Assembly (NCBI GenBank): GCA_051362555.1
Contig: CM120644.1
Coordinates: 15,212,534-15,276,533, forward strand
From: Lingula anatina
Taxonomy: Eukaryota > Animalia > Brachiopoda
Direction of reading: 5' to 3'
DNA: 64,000 nt
A model generated the notes under the pieces. The model saw only the letters and a program-made list of their open reading frames with translations. It had not been told where the DNA came from and ran no database searches. Below, piece after piece: positions 40,403 through 54,045 of the stretch. A program made the translations under genes and the position numbers. The first letter of the stretch is position 1; every line of letters starts with the position of its first letter.

Positions 40403-40539
40403 ACACACACACACACACACATTTACACGAACACACACACACACACATTTACACACACACACTTACATATACACACACACACATTTGCACACACACACAC
40501 AAACACACACACACATTTACACACATTTACACACACACA
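40403..40539. repeat. Degenerate (CA)n microsatellite just upstream of esterase copy 1
   Basis: Direct reading. Confidence 0.9.
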
Positions 40540-40614
40540 TGAAGCATATAGGGATGTTCATATACACTTCCTTTTAGCAAACCCTGTCATTCACCGAGCA
40601 CCCGGTAGAACGCC

Positions 40615-42810
40615 ATGTCGCTGCCAGCGGATTTCCAAGCCTTGCACCCTGAATGTCAAGCCTTCGTGCGAGACCGAATAAACACGCAAATGAGGGGAGA
40701 TGATGATTGGAATGTCACCAGAAAAGCAAAATCAGAAGCGACTGCCAAGGCGGCAAAAGAGGCCTCTTACGACTTCAGAGGGACTAGGGGAGAGATAACT
40801 ATTCCGTCACCGCACGTGAAAGGTACATGTACACGTATACATTTCATGCCCATAGCTATTGACTTCTGAGGCCTGTTTCACGAGACTTAGTCTAAATTTT
40901 TGGTCCAAATTTTCAGTCTGACCTGACTCAGGACAACCTAAATTCTGACTTGTAATCCAATTGAAAGAAATATTGTTTTGTTGTATATAACAAGAAAAAG
41001 TGACTAACATTTAAGATAAATATTTCACTTCTTCCGGGTAAAGTTTGTTTTTGAAACCGGGTCGTAGTCGGTCATGTTTGTCACTCTGTTTGTACTATGT
41101 GGAACGATTAAAGCACACTTATTTAATGCAACAGCTTACGCGCGTTTGTGACACCAATACAACGGAGGCCTCGTCGCTAGGCAACAGCATTATGTTACCC
41201 GTATCTTAGTTATATATTCCGATGTAATTTGTATTCAGGCTCAAATGAAATTGGGGAAGAGTTAACGACAATGATGAAATTGACTCTCTAATTGGCAGCA
41301 AACGTGATGAACGCCTGACAATACTAGCCAAGTGGCTATAGTTTGCCTTTCAGAAGGTGGCCGTGTTCCACTAGCTTTTCACTAACCATTCATTTCAAGT
41401 GAAGTATTTACCGGTACATGTACCCCAGTACATGTAAACCAATAAGATTCCGGAACTCACGCGGCAAAGTTGAATGGCAAATTTACCGACATTGGGGTGT
41501 CAATCTCACTAGATAATGTCCTGGATGCTCCAGTCAACTCATTAAGCGCACATTTACCAAGTCTCTATTCAAAATAAATAAATAAATAAATAAATAATGC
41601 ATTTTCCATTAGATACGGACTTAGAGTTCAAATTTAAACCTCGCCAGGCGTCTTTGTAGAAGACTACCCTTAAACTTTGCACAGCATCAAAAGCATCACG
41701 TCCTATTCATGATCAATTAACAGTTTTCACCGTAAACACAACATCAAACGTTAGTTTTCGCACTAATTTCAGAGGGCCTTAGAGCGTGGGTTTACACCCC
41801 GGCTAATGGCCCCAAGAACCCTCCAATCGTGGTGTACTTCCATGGCGGAGGCTGGGTCCTCTGCAGCCTGGAGGATGTGGATACTTTTGTGAAGATGCTG
41901 ACTGAGTAAGTCTCTTTTACAGTTTGTTATAAAAATGTCTCCTGAAAATGGTTTTCTGAAGCTGCGAGCTGAGTGAGTAATTGCGCAACACATGAAAAGT
42001 CTCTCAAACAGAAAATGCCTGTTTAAGTTATCAAATTAATTTATTGAGCACTAAAGGTGTGAATTGATAGCATTTGCAGGCTCCGTGTTCATAAAACATA
42101 TTCAAATTTTACCGTAATGCCTTTCATTAAGAAATATGATAGTTGGCATTACAAATCAATTCACAAACCATTCAGTTAAGCGAGCTAGTAGTCCAAGTAT
42201 ATTGACACTACCTACAAAATTACGAACAATCTTACATATAACCAAGCTCCTAAAGCAATAATGTTTGCACAAACCGCTTTTTTTTTTTTCAGGTCAGTAA
42301 TGACTGCGGCCTATTTTCAACTTAAATGTCCACACTATTTATTTGTGGGCCAAATGCATGCTCTCAGACCTATATTGCATATATGTTGTCGATGGGACCT
42401 AGATTGCTACTTGTTTTATGCCAGATGATTAAATTAATGTTAATATCTTATTTGTATATTTAATTTTATTTATCCTAGCACCGCCAACTGCATCGTAGTG
42501 AGCGTGGATTATCGTCTGGCACCAGAACACAAATTTCCTGCCGCCATTGACGACTGTGAGACTGCCGCCAAATGGGTTCTGGGGAACAAGGAATTTGTGG
42601 GTAAATAAACAAATAAATAGACAGATACATGCAGATACTTATAAATAAATACAAGCATGATATTAATAACGATTATAAAAACAAAAGTAAAAATACAAAA
42701 ATAAAAGTTAAAAAATAGAAAATACATCAATTATTCAATAAATAAATTGACACATTTTTAAAAGATAAATTTAATCAATAAATATGTATAATAATAACGC
42801 CAATAATAAT

Positions 42811-42855
<45 letters not shown>

Positions 42856-45180
42856 ATGCAGATATAATGAGACAAAACAGAGAAACGCGTTCATCCTGCT
42901 TCTTATCATTGAAACAGAAGTAGAAAAGGCGTTTCTTTTTTTTTCTTCGCTAGGTGGCAGCACGCTCAGCAAGGTTGGTGTCGTTGGTGAAAGTGCAGGA
43001 GGACATCTGTCGGCCTGTGTGTCACATGATGTCCCAGGACTAGCGTTTCAGGTAAATGTTTTTTCCCTCTCCTTAAAAAGTATAAGAAGACCGAAAGAAA
43101 GTAAAAATAAAAATTCAAATAAAAATAATAAGATGCCCGCTAGCTACCTTTGTCATTTATAAAACCAAGCATAAAAGTAAAGCAATGTTCATTGTTACAT
43201 GGAAACGAATTTAGCCGCTTTCCAGTAGGTCTGGAGACAGTCACCGGAGGTCTATTATTTTATTGAAGTGATCCCGTAGTCAACTCACTCTGCCAGCTGA
43301 AGTCCCCACGGCTATTAAATGAGTTACTTCGTCACTTCTTTAGAACTGTCTTCTAATAATTTTCAATTAAATTTTAGTCTTCATGTGACAAAAAAAAAAA
43401 AAAAAAAAAATCAGATTGAACCTAGCCAAGAAATGACCTCAGTCAGAGTCAATGCAACCTTTTGGCTTGTACTGGTATCGTGTTTTCTCGTTTTTCATCG
43501 TGCACAAATAAGAAAAAAACTACATCATCAAATAAAAATGTAATTAATATAACCCAATATTTGCGAATGAGCTGTCTGGTCAATAACATAATGAGTTTCC
43601 GGCACTGCATGGTATTTACATATTCTATCCCAGGTGCTCATCTATCCGGTGACGGATATGCGGATTGACACCCGGGAGTCGTACAAACGCTATGCGGAGG
43701 GCTACGTTCTTACCACCGAGGCTATGTACTGGTTAGTGCGAGCACTTTGGGGCCGTTCATATGAAAAAATTATTTTCTAAAAATCTATTTTCTATTCGCG
43801 GTATCTTGTGATCACGGTCTGTGCCCTGAATATCCCGCGGCGTAATTACTGGCAGCGCAACCCAGTTACTTCCAAAGCTGTAATTAATTCTCGGCTGCGC
43901 TCGGAGTGATCACAAGATACCGTGAATAGAAAACAGATCTTTAGAAAATAGATTTTTCACATGAACGGTTCCTTAACTTGAATCTGTGAACTTAAAACTG
44001 TTTCTTAAACGATAATGCGCTAGCATACAGTGTACTAGTATACTTGTGCCACACGTACATGTATTTTAAATCCCCTGCAATATGTAAAACTGTCATTCAG
44101 TTTACAGAGATACTAAACTGACTCCACATATCATAGATTGTAGTCAAAACTGATAGCAGGTATCGTTTTCAAGGTTTGTAAATCACTTCCTCCACAACGA
44201 GGCTGAGAGGTCGGATCCACGTGCCTCTCCAATTCTACGGACAAAGTTTGACCACCTTCCACCAGCCTTGTACGTGGCCGCCACCCATGATGTCCTGTTT
44301 GACGAAGGGATGGGTATATTATTTTTTATTATTCATGCAGTGAGTTTATTACGAGTAATGGTCATTTAGCACTTGTATACCACCACATGTTTACTAACGG
44401 TTCTAAAGCTATTTTGAATAGCGACCATTGATGAACACTTCGCTATTGTTTCCCTTCGTTTTCCCAATGCAAATTTTTTTATTTGATGAAATCAGGCTTC
44501 TGCTTTGAATTTTGATGTTATATTTTGACTTAAAATTATTGACTCAATACAAATTCGATCTGTGGCGTAGCTGGCAAAGGATAGAGATCATTGACCTTCC
44601 ACGCCTAAGCTTCACTTTAGGGTTGTAGGTTTTATCTCTATAGTATGAAAATTGTACTGAAGTAAAACAATTTGACATGATTTTTGCACATATGTCCGAG
44701 AAAAAAATATCAGTGAACAATGAATAAGGGTACTTAGTTTAAAATGCTAAATACAGAAAAACACAAACATACATTTTCCACTTTCTGTACTAATATTGTA
44801 CGTTCGATTTTTTAGAATATGCCAAAAAACTGAGAGAAGCTGGAGTAACGATTGAAACCCTTATGTTAGAGGGAATCACTCACTGTACGGTTTATTTTCC
44901 TAGTAAGTTATATTATTATTTCTAGACTTAATTTCAGTATATCATTTCAGCATTTCACAAAATTTAAAATATTTCTAGTTATCATAATAAGAGTAATGCT
45001 CATTATTACTATCGCTTTTGTTATAAACGTATAAAATATTTGATCTCTCCACCTTCCATTTCCTCTATACTTTTTATAAAGAGCATGTAAATTTGATAAT
45101 ATGTTTTAGATTATTTCAAAGAGTCGAATGCCAAGATATGCGGGAAGGTTGCAGAGTTCGTGAAAAAACATTCTGAATAA
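40615..45180 (+). CDS. HSL-family (family IV, Abhydrolase_3) carboxylesterase copy 1, 318 aa, 8 exons: 40615-40822, 41773-41905, 42479-42600, 42954-43051, 43634-43731, 44174-44313, 44816-44902, 45110-45180
   Basis: Motifs [35 protein letters not shown] (catalytic Ser), [19 protein letters not shown] (Asp), [15 protein letters not shown] (His); GT-AG junctions; 957 nt open. Confidence 0.95.
42817..42853. repeat. (TG)n microsatellite in intron 3
   Basis: Direct reading. Confidence 0.95.
43749..43972. mobile_element. Foldback Harbinger-type MITE in copy 1 intron 5 (absent in copies 2 and 3)
   Basis: ggggccgttcatatgaaaaa..ttttctattcgcggtatcttgtgatcac / gtgatcacaagataccgtgaatagaaaa..tttttcacatgaacggttcc. 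Confidence 0.8.
44561..44640 (+). mobile_element. Degenerate tRNA-derived SINE head in copy 1 intron 6
   Basis: A-box-like gtggcgtagctgg and B-box-like ggttgtaggttttatctc at plausible spacing. Confidence 0.35.
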
Positions 45181-46064
45181 ACGCTCCTGGCATCAACGTT
45201 TACCACGTAGAGCAAGGCATGCTCATCAGTTGAGTATTTACATGTAGTGCCTACTTCAAAACAAGATGCACTGGTAACTAACAAGGCCATCTTCCTTTTG
45301 ACTTGTCGGATATTATTGTTAATATGTATGCCTCACTCTCCCTTTATCCACAATTTAAAACATGACGATGTCTGTGCACTATGGTGCCCGCCTATATAAC
45401 GTCATGTTTCAAATTGCAAGTTTCTGGGTGGTTTTGAATAAGGTACAATATACTTTTTTTATGATTTTAAGGGAAATGTAGTTTTTGTATATAAATTTGT
45501 GAAGCGATTCTGCTTTTATCCAGTTTGTATTTACAGTATATTTGACGAGTAAAGTACTGTGGAAAATAAACTACGGGAAATTATTTGTTTTGTAAATTTA
45601 TTATTATTTAATTATGATAAGTGTGTTTGTGTGAATGTGTGTGTGTAAAAAAAGTGTTACTTTACACACATAAAAAAAAATAAAATAAAATAAAGCAATA
45701 TGTAATCAACTCGTTCTTAATACAGTGCTACAGACAGGTAGCCGATTAATTAACACGGACACTTACGCCCTAATACTCATTTCTGGTTACATATTGCATT
45801 TGGATTTTTCAACAACAATGCATTTTTTTACATATTTCATCTTGCCGACATTATAGGAAATTCAGTTTATATACTCTACTTATAAGAAGCTCCATTTTCT
45901 AGCTTTCCCCGATTGTGAAAACATTGCCTGTGTTGTTCTAAATGTAGCAGTACCAGCAGCTGAGTCTAGTCATGTTCTAACACAGGCACCGGTAAGATAC
46001 CGCTAGATCGAGCGATGCAGTAGTCGAGATGTGGCATGCAATGTAAAACCCGGTAGAAATCTTA

Positions 46065-46320
46065 GACCCCATTCCCATACCTAGATCGAACAAGCAGGAT
46101 CGACCCATCTCTGAGGAGTTCCTCGCTAAAATGCTTTCAGCTTTAGCTGCTTAGATGTCTGGCACGTCTACTGAAGCTCCTAAACGACAGTTAATTACCC
46201 CCTAACAGCTTCAGTAGGCGTGCCAGACATCAGAGCCGCTTAAGATGAAAGCATTTTAGCGAGAAACCCCTCGGAGATGGTTCGATCCTGTTGGATCGAT
46301 CTAGGTATGGGGATGGGGCC
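46065..46320. mobile_element. Palindromic Harbinger/Tourist-like MITE upstream of esterase copy 2
   Basis: gaccccattcccatacctagatcga...tcgatctaggtatggggatggggcc; long inverted arms; right half also at 53410-53542. Confidence 0.85.
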
Positions 46321-47047
46321 TCTTGCTCGGGGGGGGGGGGGAGGAGGGGTTATGGCGGTTTGTGAAACCAAACAAACAGCGTCACCTATTACCGTCTTCT
46401 GGCCTTATTAGCTCTTTAATGAGCATATGTTGATCCCTGATCTGGAACAATCGACTACCTGTTAAACAATCTCAGAAGTGCAATAAACATTGAGTAATAT
46501 CCCCGATAACTGACCTGATTCAGGTGCCTCTAGAATATTTATCTAGACAGCGCCTTGGCCTAATTATAACTTAGGTAAGGGCAACCCAATTTCCAGCTAT
46601 GTGAAATAGGGCATTCAAGGTAGGGTAACATCATGGTTTTTCATGCAGTTTTAGTTTAAGCACTTTAGTTCCTTAACAATTCTGCAGCGCTGGTGAGTAT
46701 ATAGTGATAATCAAAGTATAGAATTAACCAGACTGATCAGTAGCAGAAGGCGAAAGGCAAACTCCATTCACTGTTGAAAGAAGGCAAGTGCTTTAACATT
46801 TTACAGTGTCTTCATGCGTGACCTAAATATAAACGAATATCACAAACCACGCAGCTACAACATAAGCTTATATAAGAGAAGCAGAGAGCATTTACTAAGC
46901 AATACACTGCATAAAAACTGTGTATTATTCTGATTAATTGTGATTTGAGATAAATTGAAACTAAAAATAGATATTAAAAATAACCATCCCTGCAGCCTAA
47001 GCGCCTTAAAATGCATTACTTTTTTTAAGCGAATCGAGTAAAACGCG

Positions 47048-50000
47048 ATGTCGATGCCAGCGGATTTCGAGTCCTTACAACCAGAGGGCAAAGCCTTCGT
47101 TCGAGACCGAATAGACAAACAGGTCAGGGGAGACGAAGATTGGAATGTTACCAGGAAAGAAACGTCAGAAGCGATTACCGAGGCGACAAAAGAGGCCGCT
47201 TACGACTTTAAGGGGGCGAGGGGAGAAATTACTATTCCGTCACCACACGTGAAAGGTATTTTTAATGGTCTGATACCGGTGTGACAAAAATAGTAGTCCT
47301 AGGAATGAAAGTCCGGGGTTCTATATGATTAGTACAGGTTAGGGTTAGTCTGAGTATCGGGATTAGTTTATAGGGCGAATGTCACCTGTCCACAGTAACA
47401 TACTTACTACGTTACATGTTGTATAGCAATAAAACATAACTATATTTACAAATTTATTCTTTATTTGCCTGGTCTAAAGTTTGTTTGCAAAACCGAGCCC
47501 TGTTTGGAAAATATTGGCTCACTGACGTGTGGTTTAGTGCAGGGGAAGTCGCTGAGAGGGAACAGAATTCCCTGATGTATTGGTATCTAGGGTGCGTGTT
47601 GTACACAGGGTCTGTGTCCTTTGCAACTCTTGAATTGGCCTCCGCTGGGATGTTTTGATAGGATTTTATCACAGAGTTATGTTTATGAGGCCACCCAGAA
47701 TAGGGGGCTAACCAGTCCGAGGGTCAAATATGGCCGACCCACTTGAATAATTCCCACCTATTCAGTGTCTATTAGCAATTTAGACGGCAGACTTTGTAGT
47801 GGGTCGCAATATTTGACCCTCGGACTACTTAGTCCCCTATTCTCAATGGGTCCTATGCTGATACTCGGGTGTCACATGTCTAGATGAGTGCAATTCCAAT
47901 ACGTGACATACATTTGGATGCATTTGCCGTACTGTATTATAGGATAACCCTTGTTGTACTACTTGTACAACTTTCAACAGCTAAACACATATAATAAAAG
48001 AACAGGTTCCATGTACTTATCAAGGCAATACGCTAAGGACAAGTCTCCATTACCTTCAGGGAAATAAGCTTTACGTTTATGAGGTCTAATATAAAAATAA
48101 AGTTTCAAGTTATAAACATAATGCAAACAAATAACGCTGTTTTCATTGGATACGTTCATAAATATACCGCACCAGACGTCATTTTAACCTAGAATATTGT
48201 CTTAGACATTTCATGGGATCAAAGCGATATCGTATTCAAGTAAGAATGGCAAGAATCGTTTGTACTCGTACAAATTTCAGCGGGACTTCCAGCGTGGGTT
48301 TACACCCCGGCCAATTGCCCCAAGAACCCTCCAATCCTTGTGTACTTTCATGGCGGAGGCTGGGTCATCTGCACTTTGGACGATGTGGATACCTTTTTGA
48401 AGATGCTTACTGAGTAAGTCCTTTTTAATTTATAGTTTCAATAAACACGGGAAAAATCTTTTGAAAATATGTTTTTTAAAGATGCTGACTCAGTAAACCC
48501 TTCTACAATTTGCTAACCATCGAAGTGTCTCTTAAAACATTTTAAAGATACTGACAAATAAGTTCGTTCACAATGTGTTAAACTCAACAAAATCTCTCCT
48601 GAAAATACTTATGTGAAGATGCCAGCTGAGTACGCCTTTTTTTTGTAATTTCTTAAGCATAACAAAAATCTTTTCTGAAAATGCTTTAGTGAAGGTGCTG
48701 AATCTGCTGAAAGAAATAAGATAGTATATTCGACAGAAAGAAATACAACTACAAAGCATTTCACAAATAATTCTGTTGATGACAGTAGTATAGCTCGGTA
48801 AATTTATAAATTGATACAGGATCTCACTTTTGGATCTCTAAATATGGATTACATTGATTTTTTTTTAAACTCAGTTTCTAAATGGCAACAAATGTTAACT
48901 GTTTTAATTTAAACATTGAATTCTTTTTTTTATGAAGTCCTTCATTGATGTTTTACATTTAGTACCGCCAACTGCATCATAGTGAGCGTAGACTACCGCT
49001 TGGCACCAGAGCACAAATATCCCGCCGCCATTGACGACGCCGAGACTGCCGCCAAATGGGTTCTGGGGAACAAGGAATCTGTCGGTAAACATATAAATGG
49101 ATATACAGTGTTGATAAATATAATGACACACGCATCAAAAAAAAAACAAAACAAAACAAAGATAGTGTATGTTCCCAGGGCCGCTAGAGAAGTCAGGAGG
49201 GATGAAAGAAATATTAGATACATTGATGGATTAATTCGGTAAATAAAATCAACAAATCAATTTACAATAATATGTCGATATCACTAACAAAAATAATAAA
49301 TATATACATAAAAACGTATATGATAGACTTATTACAAATTTTGGCAGTTAATCAGTGAATAATATTAAAGGCTACTGACAATATGCTTGCATTTGTATTT
49401 GATCATTAAAAGAGAAGTTGAAATGACGTCCTAGTTTGTCAAAATTTCTGTACTAGGCGGCAGCAAGCTCAGCAAGGTTGGTGTCATAGGTGACAGCGCG
49501 GGAGGACATCTATCGGCCTGTGTGTCACATGATGTCCCAGGAATAGCATTTCAGGTAAAATGTTGCTTTCACCTTTTTGTTACGAAAATTTTTTTGAATT
49601 TTATTTCTGGATTTTTTGCCATAGGAAGTGTTTGAATGAAGCTCAATAAAGAAAACTAGGCAAACTCATATACCTGAAAACTAAATTGTTTCTAAAAAGT
49701 ACAAAAACGAAGGGGGCTTGCCTTTAATTAAAAGATTAATAAAAAGAAGAAAAAAAGAAAATGGAAACGGAAACTCAAAAACCCCACTTCCTTCGTCAGC
49801 CATGGATTCGAGTGCAAAATATGCAATACACACTACAATGCAATCATTTCATCGTGTTTTCTGATCTGACATAATAAGAAACAAACAACATGTACAATAT
49901 CAAAACTTAATTTGCGTCACGAATCGCCTGCCAGTCTCAGTTCAGTAGCTTAAAAATATTGGTACACTGTTTTTACATATTCTATCCCAGTTGCTCATCT

Positions 50001-51364
50001 ATCCGGTGACGGATATGCGGATTGACACCCGGGAGTCGTACAAACGCTATGCGGAGGGATATGTTCTTACCACTGAGTCTATGTACTGGTAAGTACGAGC
50101 AGCAAACATACATTTTAGGGTGAACCTAAAACTATAGTGGCCAATGTAAAATGATGATGTATATGTGCTTCATATTTAGGGTATTCTTAAAACTTGTTCA
50201 CGCATCCTGATTGTAGAGGTGATTTACAATATGTGCATTTGTCTCTAATGAATGAGATCCTTATGTACAGGTACATGAGTCACATTACATGTATAACTTC
50301 GTGCAGCCGTATCTCAAATAGACATTCGGTTTACAGCGGTTGAGTTCATGTCAGTATTCATAGTACAATCCATAATGATAGCAGCTTCAAAGAGGGTCAA
50401 CGTCTTCATCCTTCCTTCCTATATATCCATTGAACATTTTGATGTCTCGTTTTCAAGGTTTGTAAATCACTTCCTCCACAACGAGGCTGAGAGGTCGGAT
50501 CCACGTGCATCTCCAATTCTCCGGACAAAGTTTGACCACCTTCCACCGGCCTTGTACGTCGCCGCCACACACGATGTCCTGTTTGACGAAGGAATGGGTA
50601 AATTTTATTTACTTCTTATTGATTAATTTATCAATTCTATTTGTTGAAAGATTTGTTTTATTTAGCTTCGTATCTAGTTTGTTAATATTTTTTTTGTGAG
50701 TTGATTATTTAGATGTTTATTTAGTGATGAATCTATCTGTGAAATTATTTTCATTTCTCTTTCAAGGTTATTTCAAAGGCTCATAGGGCATTTTGTTTCC
50801 GACCGTAGCTAAGATATTTCATTAAAATCAACAAAGATGCTCAACGTTACATTTCAATTTACAGAAGTTGCCAATTTACGTACCCACTTTTAAAGTAATA
50901 CCACACTTATGCCATATGTTTATTTTTTAGAATATGCCAAAAAACTGAAAGAAGCCGGCGTAACGATTGAAACTCTTATGTTAGAGGGCATTACCCACTG
51001 TACGGTTAATTTCCCAAGTAAGTTATATTTTAATTTCCTAGTGTGCAATTCAGTATAGCATTTCAGCATTTAAATACACTTACACTTTTGACGGACACGG
51101 ACAATCCATAATGATAACATATATTATTATTATCATTATTATCATTATTATTATTATTATTATTATTTACATCGTTACTGTTAGTTTCTATAAGACATTT
51201 TGTTGTACCCCGGTACTATGTCTTGGACATAATAACGTAATTTTGTCCATGTGCTACATGTATGTCAAGCAGTGCATATTTGGTGATTTTCAGATTATTA
51301 CAAAGAGACGGACGCCATGACATGCAGGAAGATCGCAGAGTTCGTAAAAAAGCATTCTGAATAA
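47048..51364 (+). CDS. HSL-family carboxylesterase copy 2, 318 aa, 8 exons: 47048-47255, 48281-48413, 48963-49084, 49457-49554, 49991-50088, 50458-50597, 50931-51017, 51294-51364
   Basis: Same exon lengths (208,133,122,98,98,140,87,71) as copy 1; [24 protein letters not shown] intact. Confidence 0.95.
47277..47398 (+). mobile_element. TTAGGG-containing short element in intron 1 (also 54272-54425, 62336-62490)
   Basis: ccggtgtgacaaaaatagtagtcctaggaatg..ggttagggttag..gaatgtcacctgt homologous to 32692-32866. Confidence 0.7.
47688..47854. mobile_element. Palindromic MITE with 3-bp ATG TSD in copy 2 intron 1
   Basis: atg|aggccacccagaataggggg..tcccctattctcaatgggtcct|atg; empty site gtta-ATG-ctgg at 54696-54698 in copy 3. 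Confidence 0.85.
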
Positions 51365-52924
51365 ACTTTCGCCGTATCAGCATTAACCATGACAAGCAAG
51401 GCGTGGCCGTATAGCTGAGTATTTACTGCAAGATAGGATACACTGGTAACTAACAGCGACGTCTATCGTTTGATTATAGTGGAGTATTACCCCTGGCAGT
51501 TATACATGCATATGGTTTCGACACCCAATATTTAAATCCGGCAACATTATGCTGATAAGTCGGGTTTATAGATTGTGATTTTCTCGATGGTTTTAGAAAA
51601 AGTCAAACATTGGTAATCTTTTATCAAATTATGTAACATGATAAAACACGTTTGATTTAACACGACCTTGCTTTCAATTCAGTTCAGAGAAGGTTTAGGT
51701 AAATGTCGTGAGGTATTTTCTTATTTTGGTATAACTCCGTAACAAGGACTTTCTTGGTCAGACAGGAAAGGATTTTTTGTTTGCTAGTTTGTTTATAAAA
51801 ACAGTGCAGCTAATCCACATGTGTAGACAATACACACAGAGAAAATTAAGAAATGAGTGATATATCATGAACTGTTTTCAAATTACGGTTAATATTCATA
51901 AGTCTACATAAGCTGTAGTGATATAACAATATATGATGAAGCAATTCAATATAGATTGATGTTTTCAGAATACAAACAAATATGCAAAATCATCAGGGAA
52001 ATTTGAATACGTGACATATGCATCTCTGCAAGGGAAAACAACTTTGATCTGATTATGATATATCAATATTTTATGATTCATTAAGAAAATATAATAATAT
52101 TTATAATATATCATAAATAAAATGCAAAGATGGCATATGACAAACCACCAAATAAACAAACTGCTCTGTGTGCATAGCTTCACAGGTAGCATACATTATA
52201 TCAATACGAAATGTTTCAGTCCCTTAGCAAATAGCAAGATCTTAGGCCTGCCGCAAGTGTCCAGGAATTTTATCGTGCAAGCGAGGTATTAGCACTCTTT
52301 TGCTACTGTAAATATGCACAAAACAAAATTTATTTGGAAGCACCTGGAAACTCCTAAAGAATGTTCGCCGCAAACTAAATAGTCCCATTTGCCACGGACG
52401 TCAAAACGTTGATTAAAACTTAGGGTTTGTTGTGCACTTCCTTCGAAATTCCTGACCTGCAGAGTGAATCCACTTGTTGCACACTGAAACAGCAAATTGA
52501 CGTTCAGTTTTTGGTCAACAGCGTCGTCTATGCTTACATAGTGGTAACGCAGTGTCAAATAACTTGAAGCATTATTATATTGAACACAATAATAAAAAGA
52601 GAACGGTTATCAATGACTTTGTCTTATAGTGAAAAAACGTTTGATCAATTATGTAAATGCAGAATGCATTTATCATTTTGTATTTCCGTAAATTCCTTAA
52701 GTGTTTAGAAAAAAACATTTAATTAAAATCAGAATTACGCAAGTGCAAGCAATCGATTAAAGGAACAGGCGTCCCTTTCTTGGTTTTAAATCAGAAATGC
52801 ACACCTTCAGGAGTGCGTCTATGTACAGATAGTTCATGTGATACACAAACCCCATTTTGATCCCGATCCCTACCTGATTTGTCGCGCACTATCCCGTGAG
52901 AATATTTAAAAGGCAGTCATAGTG

Positions 52925-53405
52925 CAGTTAGAATACTGTTCAAATGCCATTCGATAAATTTCCACTTGGAATGCACTTCGAAAGTTTTTGACATGATCAA
53001 AACATTCGAGCCGGCCACAAGTATGTGTAAAAATATTTGGAATTCACTCGGATTTTTTAGAATGTTCTTCGAATATCCAGGAATGCACAAAGAATTGCAT
53101 TTCCGACGCCATTCTTGATCATTCCGCCTCTAGTGTGACGGGGGCATAAAATCCCGCCAGAATGTTTCGAATGTGCCTCGAATGAGCTGAAATATTAATT
53201 TAGCCAGCAATACAACTACACTAGTCCGCCATTCAAAGTATATTCTAAATATTCTGACTACCTTCTGACAGCATTATAGATATTCTTAGTTTTCCAACTA
53301 CTTTCGAACTGCATTTGAGAGCTTATGCAGCCGGAAGTGCACTAATCATTCCAGGCGAATTCAAGCGCATTTTGAGTATCCCAACGGTACTCTTACAAGA
53401 ATTCA
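52925..53405. mobile_element. Remnant of a Harbinger-like element rich in GAATG/CATTC motifs
   Basis: Terminus-like cattccgcctctagtgtgacgggggcat (~53120-53148); not seen in the homologous copy 3-4 spacer. Confidence 0.45.
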
Positions 53406-53409
53406 CGAC

Positions 53410-53542
53410 AATTAATTACCCACTAACAGCTTCAGTAGGTGTGCTAGACATCTCAGCTGCTTAAGCTGAAAGCAATTTAGCGAGAAACCCCTCGGAGATG
53501 GGTCGATCCTGTTGGATCGATCTAGATATGGGAATGGGGCCT
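53410..53542. mobile_element. Right half of the MITE at 46065-46320 (duplicated with the copy 3 upstream region)
   Basis: Homologous to 46190-46320, and flanking homology continues to ~53900. Confidence 0.8.
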
Positions 53543-54045
53543 TTTGCACGGGGCGTGGGGAATGGGGGGGGGGGGGGGGGGGGTTATGGCGGTTTGTGAA
53601 ACCAAACAACTAGCGTCACCCAATACCGTTCGCTGTCCTTATTAGCTCTTTACTGAAAATATGTTGACCCTTGACCTGGAACAAGCGACCACCGATTAAA
53701 AAAAATCTTAGGAGTGCAATAAACACTGAGTAATGTCCCTGATAACTGACAGGGTTTCGGTGACCTCCAGACTACCAGTATTACCGGTGTAACTCCGGTA
53801 ACGGCAGCCCAATCCTCAGCAATGTTAAATAGGCCATTCAAGGTAGGGTAACATCAAGGTTATTTTCATGCAGCTTTAGTTAAAGCAGTTTAGTTCCTTG
53901 TTTGTAACGAGTGTAAAGGGGACGTGTGACAGTTGCGTCTTAGAATTAACTGAACTAAATCGGACGGGGAAAGGCAGTTTAGTTCCTTTTTGATAGTTCT
54001 GCAGCGCTCCTTTTTTTAAGCAAATCGAGCATCCAGTAGAACGCG

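Noticed and set aside
41903-41905. TGA at the end of esterase exon 2 as a possible stop or selenocysteine codon
   Set aside because: Out of frame: ACT GA|C/T splices to Thr-Asp in all four copies
52289-52558. Minus-strand 89-aa ORF in the spacer and its homologue near 60066-60560
   Set aside because: The frame is not preserved between the two duplicated spacers and has no recognisable motif
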